From: a virus
DNA length: 64,000 nucleotides
IMG/VR virus record: IMGVR_UViG_3300045772_000033
Span: 1-64,000 of that record
Direction: 5' to 3' (one strand)
The notes beneath the pieces were generated by a model, which saw only the letters and a program-made list of their open reading frames with translations, was not told the DNA's origin and did no database searches. Shown here piece by piece: positions 9,371 to 16,421 of the stretch. A program made the translations under genes and the position numbers. Numbering within the stretch: the first letter of the stretch is position 1; every line of letters starts with the position of its first letter.

Positions 9371-10007
9371 TATGGCAAACATGAGCAGGCGTTTGTTTTC
9401 GCAGTTGATGGCAACAGGAATTGTCAGCCTAGCCGGTTCAGCAAGCGGATTTGCTGGTGCCCAGAAGTTATCCGGTGATTCGCAATCAAAAGCGCCCGAT
9501 TGCACTAGCGATAAGCATCCGATTGACTCCCCCAGAGAAATGATGTTCTTGGGGAACGAGGGTCACGTTAATGTCTATGGGTGCCGTGTGTGTTGGGATA
9601 CAAATCGTGAGCAATCCATTCGTGTGGTGACTGATCCAGAGTACCAGCGATACGTTAGGGGTAATCTAGCCAAGCAAGGTCGGTTGTTGAATAAATTACA
9701 CGTGCGCGCGATACCCGGTAAGCGCCCAAGCGAACTGTATGTTAGTGGGCGCATACATGGTAGCTTTGGCCCAATTTCCTGAAGAACTGATTCGGCGCAA
9801 CGAGAGAAGGAGACGTACTGAGATCGAAGTTTGCCGGGGACCGATGGTTCCGGGAGATAATTCGTGAAAGGGCTTAAGAGTACCGGGTTAGCCCGGAGGT
9901 TGCAGCAAGTGGCCCGCACTGCCACCCACCGAACCGCTGTGGGTGTAGCTCAGAAATCACGATACCCGGCAAGCAATACGCAGTGCGAACAGGAGACGTA
10001 TTGAGAT
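9344..10007 (+). repeat. dispersed direct repeat (3 copies)
   Basis: gcgcaacgagagaaggagacgta at 9344 and 9795; aggagacgtattga at 9991. Confidence 0.8.
9372..9782 (+). CDS. paralogue of upstream gene with Tat-like signal peptide
   Basis: AAGGAG RBS; MANMSRRLFSQLMATGIVSLAGSASG; CTSDKH...YGCRVC. Confidence 0.6.
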   Translation: MANMSRRLFSQLMATGIVSLAGSASGFAGAQKLSGDSQSKAPDCTSDKHPIDSPREMMFLGNEGHVNVYGCRVCWDTNREQSIRVVTDPEYQRYVRGNLAKQGRLLNKLHVRAIPGKRPSELYVSGRIHGSFGPIS

Positions 10008-10201
10008 GAAGCATCCAAAATTTGTTCAACTGGTGTCGTTTGGTTACTCAAACGCAACCGCGCCAGAATCCGGAGTTGTGCCTTCTGTCGCGCTACGTCG
10101 CGATGCTCTAATAGCCCCTGGCTGAAGATGGTTCAGTATGGCATTGGTTAGGTCGTGAATGGCAATACTTGTGTGATGATGACAAGTCACAAACAACGTG
10201 A
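10006..10201 (+). pseudogene. small frameshifted gene
   Basis: AGGAG RBS + ATG; removing one C from gcccct (~10115) gives ...LIALAEDGSVWHW... Confidence 0.4.
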
Positions 10202-10229
10202 AGAAGAAAAGTGCTAAGGAGAAGCGAGT

Positions 10230-10460
10230 ATGAAACCAAAAATAAGTTGGGCCGAGTTACACAAAATCTATGACCGCAATTGTGAAATCTGCGGGTCACT
10301 CATTGAGCTAAAGGACTGCCCGCCTGGTCCGTGGGAGGGTGGAAAAGCATTGAGCCATCCAAGCGGTTCTTGCGAACGCAGCGGCAAGTGGTTTGCTGGT
10401 CTGGAACATAAACCGGGCCTGGGCGGGTGCCCAGGGCTGGTGGAATTGAGGATGAGGTGA
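10230..10460 (+). CDS. hypothetical Cys-rich protein
   Basis: AAGGAG RBS, CEICG. Confidence 0.5.
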   Translation: MKPKISWAELHKIYDRNCEICGSLIELKDCPPGPWEGGKALSHPSGSCERSGKWFAGLEHKPGLGGCPGLVELRMR

Positions 10461-10467
10461 TTTGAGT

Positions 10468-10713
10468 ATGACTTATAAAAATGGACGCGAAGCAAAGAAC
10501 GGCGACAGGGTAATTTGGTTGCCACCGTATAGAGGCGCAAGACTAGCCCCTATATTCGATGTCACTGAAGATAGCCTGCATGGCCACGCAAAATTCATTG
10601 TGGAAGATCCGTTGCCTTTGTATGTAAACCTTGGGGAATGCCTCCATGTTGACGACGCGATAGCGGCATTGTCAAAAGGTGTGCCGGACGTAACCAAAAT
10701 TGCAGAACTCTAG
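10468..10713 (+). CDS. conserved hypothetical phage protein (MTYKNGREAKNGD...)
   Basis: GAGG RBS; N-terminal motif familiar from small phage proteins. Confidence 0.6.
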   Translation: MTYKNGREAKNGDRVIWLPPYRGARLAPIFDVTEDSLHGHAKFIVEDPLPLYVNLGECLHVDDAIAALSKGVPDVTKIAEL

Positions 10714-10737
10714 CCATCAACCCTGAAAGGACCAACA

Positions 10738-11310
10738 ATGTCACGACTCGCAGCAGTCACCACAGGCCAGCCCACGCAAGGGCTGGGTGCCGTTCCGGCC
10801 CGCCAGCAGCACGCATCCCCTCTTCTCGCCCAGTACGCTGAGGCCAAGGCAGCCGAAGAATCTGCTGCTCCGCCCGATCTTTCCCTCCCGGCCAACTCCC
10901 CGCGCAATCACTACGCGGCCCAGCGGTTTTCCGCCGCGGCGACATGGCTGTCGCTCACGGCGACGGAGCTGGAAGTCAGGCAGCATTTCAAGTCGATTCC
11001 CGTCCAGACCGGCCTGGAGACGTTGGCCCGGATGCGCCACCAGTGCAATCTGGCGGCCGAGACGTTGCAGGGCCGGATGGACGAGCAGAACACGGAGCGC
11101 TGCACCGGCTGTGGAAAGACATTGGAAGAGTGTCACAAATCAGCGTGGTTGATGCAGGGCAGTGACATGGACGCCGAGACGGGCGTGCCTGTTCCGTATC
11201 GCTTTTGCGGCCCACTCTGCATTCGTGAGCGTAATCGTGAAAGGATGCTTCCACCTGAACAGCGCGAAAAGAAGCGGTTTGACGGCCAGGAAATGGGAGA
11301 CATTTTGTGA
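10738..11310 (+). CDS. hypothetical Zn-finger protein
   Basis: AAGGA RBS; CTGC...FCGPLC. Confidence 0.65.
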   Translation: MSRLAAVTTGQPTQGLGAVPARQQHASPLLAQYAEAKAAEESAAPPDLSLPANSPRNHYAAQRFSAAATWLSLTATELEVRQHFKSIPVQTGLETLARMRHQCNLAAETLQGRMDEQNTERCTGCGKTLEECHKSAWLMQGSDMDAETGVPVPYRFCGPLCIRERNRERMLPPEQREKKRFDGQEMGDIL

Positions 11311-11873
11311 GTTTTCCGCTAAGTCTCCTACACACGTTCAAGAAGCTGATTCCTGTTCGCAAAGGGTGGGTTGCCGATGGCATCGGTTACATCCCTCTGA
11401 CCAAGGGACTGCTGGCTATCGTCGATCCAGAGTGGGTTCCGTTGCTGGAGCAGTATAACTGGTGTGCGGTATTAGATGCCAGATCAGGAGGGTATTATGC
11501 CAAGAGGACACCTTCCAGGAGTTCTGGGTTGCCACGGCAGCACATAAACATGGCTCGCGTGATTCTGGGAATGGACCTTTACAGTACGGATCTTGTGCCA
11601 GATCACATCAACAAAAACAAACTGGACAACCGTAGCGTCAATCTACGAGTGGCCACTAAGGCTGAAAATTTAAGAAACCGAGGCATCCAAAGAAACAGCA
11701 CTACTGGTCTCACGGGAGCCTACCTTGACAAGCGGTGGAACCGATACACCGCACGAATAAAGTTCAACCGCAAGTACATACACTTGGGCTGCTTTGCCAC
11801 TGCGCAAGAAGCCCACGAACGGTATTGCGAAGCAGCCCGCAAACTTCACGGCGAGTTCTACTGTGCCGGTTGA
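11307..11873 (+). CDS. HNH-AP2 homing endonuclease (free-standing)
   Basis: IPLTKG..AIVD, DHINKNKLDNRSVNLR, AP2 domain YTARIKFNRKYIHLGCF...AARKLHGEF. Confidence 0.9.
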   Translation: MSFPLSLLHTFKKLIPVRKGWVADGIGYIPLTKGLLAIVDPEWVPLLEQYNWCAVLDARSGGYYAKRTPSRSSGLPRQHINMARVILGMDLYSTDLVPDHINKNKLDNRSVNLRVATKAENLRNRGIQRNSTTGLTGAYLDKRWNRYTARIKFNRKYIHLGCFATAQEAHERYCEAARKLHGEFYCAG

Positions 11874-11888
11874 GAAAGGATAAACAGT

Positions 11889-12206
11889 ATGAACGGTGAT
11901 CCAGATCGGTACGCCCCTCCCGCTTGTATGACGCTCATGCAAGATCGCGTCGCTAAGCTCTCCCTCGGTCCCAATGATCTCATCATTGTGAGGGACGAAG
12001 GTGATATGTCAACTTTCCTCGAAATGACGCAGCAGGGCGTCGGATTCTCTCCCTTCGCGAATCCGGTCATTTTGGTCCGCGGCGGGCTGGAGAAGGCGAC
12101 GCGGCAGGATTTGCTGGAGGCTCTGTCGGTGATCGATCAGACAACTGAGGGAGTTAGCCGGATCATCACGGATTTGAATGCGCCTGCGTTGAAAAGGGTG
12201 CAGTGA
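11889..12206 (+). CDS. hypothetical protein
   Basis: AAAGGA RBS. Confidence 0.6.
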   Translation: MNGDPDRYAPPACMTLMQDRVAKLSLGPNDLIIVRDEGDMSTFLEMTQQGVGFSPFANPVILVRGGLEKATRQDLLEALSVIDQTTEGVSRIITDLNAPALKRVQ

Positions 12207-12496
12207 TGAATTCTGTCTCTCCGGTTCTCACCAGCGCAGAAGTTCCCGTCGAGCAGGTCATTGCGCTCGATCAGCCTCAGTATTTGCCGATTATCGTCGC
12301 GCGGACCTGGTTCACCGGGGGCGCCCCCATGACAGGTTCACCGGCGTCATTCACGCGCTACAGGCTGTCACCCGCCGAGCGCGCACTTGTCGCCGCTGGA
12401 GCCGATTTGATTTTGGGCCAGCCCCACCACGGGCTAATGATGCCGGTTTCGTTGCAGTTGGCTATGCCGGGAGAGTACCCTGAGTCAAATCAGTAA
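12203..12496 (+). CDS. hypothetical protein
   Basis: Overlap-coupled ORF. Confidence 0.55.
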   Translation: MMNSVSPVLTSAEVPVEQVIALDQPQYLPIIVARTWFTGGAPMTGSPASFTRYRLSPAERALVAAGADLILGQPHHGLMMPVSLQLAMPGEYPESNQ

Positions 12497-12508
12497 AGGA
12501 GCATTCTC

Positions 12509-15394
12509 ATTCCCCTCGATTTAAATCACGTTGAGAAATTCTTCCGGCGGCTCAAAATTCGTGACCGTGATGACGGGGCTTTTATCCCATTTACGCTTCG
12601 CCCGCAGCAGCAGGAAATTTTTCAACTCGCTAAGGAGCATCTAGCGCGTCGTCGGCGACTATACATCATATTCCTCAAAGCAAGGCGTTTAGGAATATCT
12701 ACGATTGCGACGGGCTTGGGGCAAGCGCACTGTATCGCTCACCCAGGCTCCATGGCGCGTTGTGTTGCGCAAAACGCTAAGGTAGCCGCTGCCAATTTCG
12801 ATATGGCCAGTAGCTTCTTTAAAGACTGCCGTGATCTTTATCCTGGCGCGCCTAAGCCCACCAAGTCAGTCTTAATATGGCCACATTCCGATGGGCACGA
12901 CTCAACCTTTGAGCATCATACAGCGGCTACCGTCCATGGCCAGCGTGGGCTCACTTCCTCGTTTCTGCACATGACTGAGGCCGCTTTCTACGAAAGGGAA
13001 GGGGTTTTTACTTCTCTGATGAACACGTTGAGTATGGATAAAAATAACATCTGCTTAGTGGAGACTACAGCTCACGGAATGGAAGGGCCGGGTGAGGCGT
13101 ACTATCAATACTGGGAAGCGGCGATGGCCGGCGACAACGAGTTTCTTCCTATTTTTCTTCCGTGGTGGGAAGATCCTGCGTACATTCTTCCTGCTGAGTT
13201 AGCTCAGGATGCCCCGCGTGACGAGTATGAAAAGTTTTTGATGAGCGGCATCAAGCATTGGAAGACAGGAAAAACAGTTTACCTCGGTAAGGATCGCATT
13301 GCCTGGTTCCGTGAAACTCTTTCGGCACGGTGCGAAGGAATCTTGGAGAAGTGGCGTGAGGAAATGCCCTCGACTCCAGAAGAAGCCTTTGTTGCTACCG
13401 GCAACCCGGCTTTCACCATCGAGGAGATGCAATTCGCGCAGAATGCCATTGTAAAAATCCCGTGGCAGGGCCGGTGTGTGCTGACCGCCGATCAAAAACA
13501 CGGCCAACTTCAAAAAGGAACAGATGGCCCGCTTGTCGTCTATGAGACCCCACAAAAAGGTCATCATTACTTCGCCGGCGTGGACTCAGCGCGCGGCGAA
13601 GAATCCACGATGGCTCCCGGCGATTATGCGGCAATAGTGGTCTGGAACGCTGAAACTGGCGACTTAGCGGCAAGGTATGTGTCGCGTGTTTCTCCGGAAG
13701 AGTTGGCCCCTGTGTCCGCCGCACTCGGATATTATTTCAACGGTGCGATGCTGAACGTTGAGCTGAACAACATCGGATACGTGACGATGAAGGCTTTGCG
13801 CGACACCTACTATTACCCCAATCAGTATCTCTGGAAAGGTCGCGATGATCGTAAGGACAGGTCAAAACAAGGCCAGGCTTACGGCTTTGAGACCAGTGAT
13901 CGCTACCGCAAGATGATGTTCTCGCTGTTTCGCACAGCGTTGCATGAAAAAAGAGTTGTGACCAAAGACAAAATCTTCGTCGATCAGATGAAGAAGGCCA
14001 AGCTGGAGATGAACTGGCGGTGGACTGTTTCGGTTGGCCACGACGATGTTTTGATGTGCCTCAATCCAAAGGAGTTAGTGGAAACTGAGGCCGGTTTTAA
14101 ACCTATAAGCGAGATTCGTTCGAGTGATCTTGTGCGGACGCACACAGGTGAAATTCATCAGGTTCAAGGTGTCATGTCTCGTGAAGTGAATGAGGAGATG
14201 GTTCACGTCGGAGTGATGGGAAATTCTGAACCTGTGCGAACGACGGGCAACCATCCTTACTACGTGTGCCGGTACGAGTGGACCCGGCTGAAGGGCACGC
14301 GTAAAGTCACCAAGAATCAAGTTGAGTTCGCATCGTGGAAAGCTGCCGTAGACTTGCGTCTAGGGGACTCGGTCCTGTTTCCAAAGCGGAAGAGCTTGCC
14401 GTCGGCCAGACTCCCCGGCGATCAGTTGTGGATTCTCGGTTGGTATTTAGCCGAGGGATCGTCTTGTCCGCGTACTCGCAAGGGGAAGATGGGCCGTGGA
14501 GTTGCGTTCAGCCTAAGTTCAGCAGAACGAGATGTGGCGAAACGGCTATGTGAAGTGTTGCTCAAATACGATCCACCTAGCCGCTCTAACCAAAAGCCTC
14601 CACGTGTTCAAGAGATAGCGGGTAAGAACGCAATTCGAGTGGTCTACTCTTCGCGCTATTGGCACGGTTTCTTTACGAAGCTCGCGGGAGGATTGCAACA
14701 GGTTCGGAAAATTCATCCCTCTGTTTACAATTGCTCCGGGCTGTTACCGCTGGCGGGAGCGTTCATGTCAGGCGATGGATCACAACCGAGGGGGCAACGC
14801 AACGCGATCCATGCGAGTAGTACCTCGCGTGTACTAATTCATCAGATCAGGCAGATATTGATCGATGAGGGAATCTGGGCCACCATCAGCAAGCCGAAGA
14901 GCCAGGACATTTGGACTCTATGCGCCTCCGCCGAGTTCATCGAGCGATTTGTTGGCATATCGAAGTTTCATTCTGTAGAGCGGAAATTTCACAAACGGCA
15001 CGTTGTTGAGACGGACGAGGGCTTCTGGGCGCCGATCAAATCTCTGGAACTGGTTCCTTACTCAGGTCCGGTGTTTAATCTCGACGTTGAGGGGGATCAT
15101 ACTTATCAGGCACAGGGAGTGGCGGTTCACAACTCAGGATTTCTCGGTTGGATCGCTTTAGAACAAAATCACCCGGCCCCTTGCCGATCCATCGCCCCCC
15201 GTAATGTCATGCTCACCAAAGAGGAGATTGAAAACGCCGGTTTCTCTCCGGTGCGCGGTCAGATGCCTGAATGGTTGCGAGATCCGAGTGTGACGGGTTC
15301 AGGGATGCTGCTGACCAGTGGGAACGATCACCTGAAGAAGCTGGAAATCTACAGTAAGAAAAAGCAGCAGCGAAACCGCCTTGAATGGGTCTAG
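12509..15394 (+). CDS. terL: terminase large subunit (intein-containing; probable ATT start)
   Basis: Walker A LKARRLGIST lies upstream of the first TTG; LHMTEAAF (Walker B), VETTAHG, FLPWW, AGVDSARG, VELNNIG, GHDDVLM. Confidence 0.9.
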   Translation: MPLDLNHVEKFFRRLKIRDRDDGAFIPFTLRPQQQEIFQLAKEHLARRRRLYIIFLKARRLGISTIATGLGQAHCIAHPGSMARCVAQNAKVAAANFDMASSFFKDCRDLYPGAPKPTKSVLIWPHSDGHDSTFEHHTAATVHGQRGLTSSFLHMTEAAFYEREGVFTSLMNTLSMDKNNICLVETTAHGMEGPGEAYYQYWEAAMAGDNEFLPIFLPWWEDPAYILPAELAQDAPRDEYEKFLMSGIKHWKTGKTVYLGKDRIAWFRETLSARCEGILEKWREEMPSTPEEAFVATGNPAFTIEEMQFAQNAIVKIPWQGRCVLTADQKHGQLQKGTDGPLVVYETPQKGHHYFAGVDSARGEESTMAPGDYAAIVVWNAETGDLAARYVSRVSPEELAPVSAALGYYFNGAMLNVELNNIGYVTMKALRDTYYYPNQYLWKGRDDRKDRSKQGQAYGFETSDRYRKMMFSLFRTALHEKRVVTKDKIFVDQMKKAKLEMNWRWTVSVGHDDVLMCLNPKELVETEAGFKPISEIRSSDLVRTHTGEIHQVQGVMSREVNEEMVHVGVMGNSEPVRTTGNHPYYVCRYEWTRLKGTRKVTKNQVEFASWKAAVDLRLGDSVLFPKRKSLPSARLPGDQLWILGWYLAEGSSCPRTRKGKMGRGVAFSLSSAERDVAKRLCEVLLKYDPPSRSNQKPPRVQEIAGKNAIRVVYSSRYWHGFFTKLAGGLQQVRKIHPSVYNCSGLLPLAGAFMSGDGSQPRGQRNAIHASSTSRVLIHQIRQILIDEGIWATISKPKSQDIWTLCASAEFIERFVGISKFHSVERKFHKRHVVETDEGFWAPIKSLELVPYSGPVFNLDVEGDHTYQAQGVAVHNSGFLGWIALEQNHPAPCRSIAPRNVMLTKEEIENAGFSPVRGQMPEWLRDPSVTGSGMLLTSGNDHLKKLEIYSKKKQQRNRLEWV
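14057..15133 (+). mobile_element. intein with LAGLIDADG homing endonuclease (359 aa)
   Basis: Starts CLNPKELV, block B TTGNHPY, LGWYLAEGS / GAFMSGDGS, ends VFNLDVEGDHTY...VHN followed by S. Confidence 0.95.
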
Positions 15395-15404
15395 GAGAGT
15401 GGAG

Positions 15405-16421
15405 ATGACCAATGATCGAGCAACAAGACCGCAAGTTAATCCTGACCTTTCCGACGCCGGACTCGGCGACGACCTTCGCAGCTTTCTTGCGTCAGATGTT
15501 CAGCCTGGCAGAGTCGTCCTTGCCGGCGGATCTGTCATCGACGACCGCGTTGAGCGGGGCACAGGCCGACAGCGCAATCTCCTCGCCACCTTCCGAGCCG
15601 TCCCTGGAGACCGTGCAGCCACCTCTGGTTTCCCCGGAACCCGAACTTTTGCCCCAGGCCGCGTTTCGCTCGCGCCACACCGTTCTGACCCCGGAGCGGC
15701 AGGATCAACTGTTCAACCAGCGGGCAGCGGGGATGTCGGCCAACCAACGCCTGCTCCGGGCTCAAACGACCTTGAGGGATGGCGTGCTGCCATTCAGCAA
15801 GCCGGGGCAGACTCCCGCGCCATCGGGCCAGCCGTCGCCGCGGCAGAGAGCGCAGACGGAGGGAGGCTTCGCGGATGGGGCGCCGAAGGCGCCCGCACTG
15901 CGGCTGGCAGTGTCGGCCAATCCCCCAGTGGGGCCAAAGGCGCTGGTCGAGGAACCGCGAAGAAGCCGGCTAAGGCCGGTCCTGCACTCCCCAAGGACAT
16001 AGCGAAGCTGATTCCTAAAGACGCTGGCGCCGCAGCTCCTCGCGTGATTGTTCCCACCCCCACGGAACGCGCCACAGCCGCCTCTCTCTTCCGCGAGATC
16101 GGAGATCGATTCAACACCAATCGGAAGAAGAGCAAGACGGCGGCCTACGCCGGCTACCGTCACGATCTGATGGCCAACCTGGACACGCTGGTCATGGGCG
16201 GCGCGCTCGATCTGAAGGATGCGACCACGATCATCACCAACCTGGAGCAGTACACCAAGGAGACCGAGGCGGAATCGACTGAGACCCCGGCGACGATCCT
16301 GGGCCGCTGGCTCAGGATGAGCGCGGAGGAGGTGGCCGGGTTGGAAGCTCCTGTGGAAGAAGTTGTGGAAGATGAGGAAAAAGTCGAGGAGGAAGAAGAG
16401 TTAGCTGAAGAGATCAACTAA
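15405..16421 (+). CDS. hypothetical protein with acidic C-terminus (start uncertain)
   Basis: AGGAG-7nt-ATG; the C-terminal part has clear coding bias. Confidence 0.55.
   Translation: MTNDRATRPQVNPDLSDAGLGDDLRSFLASDVQPGRVVLAGGSVIDDRVERGTGRQRNLLATFRAVPGDRAATSGFPGTRTFAPGRVSLAPHRSDPGAAGSTVQPAGSGDVGQPTPAPGSNDLEGWRAAIQQAGADSRAIGPAVAAAESADGGRLRGWGAEGARTAAGSVGQSPSGAKGAGRGTAKKPAKAGPALPKDIAKLIPKDAGAAAPRVIVPTPTERATAASLFREIGDRFNTNRKKSKTAAYAGYRHDLMANLDTLVMGGALDLKDATTIITNLEQYTKETEAESTETPATILGRWLRMSAEEVAGLEAPVEEVVEDEEKVEEEEELAEEIN
15412..16002 (+). CDS. hypothetical protein nested in a different frame of the previous ORF
   Basis: GGAG-7nt-ATG, GC3-rich codons. Confidence 0.6.
   Translation: MIEQQDRKLILTFPTPDSATTFAAFLRQMFSLAESSLPADLSSTTALSGAQADSAISSPPSEPSLETVQPPLVSPEPELLPQAAFRSRHTVLTPERQDQLFNQRAAGMSANQRLLRAQTTLRDGVLPFSKPGQTPAPSGQPSPRQRAQTEGGFADGAPKAPALRLAVSANPPVGPKALVEEPRRSRLRPVLHSPRT

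Noticed and set aside
9344-10007. CRISPR-like array
   Set aside because: Only 2-3 copies with irregular spacing of hundreds of bases; the repeat is a gene end plus RBS
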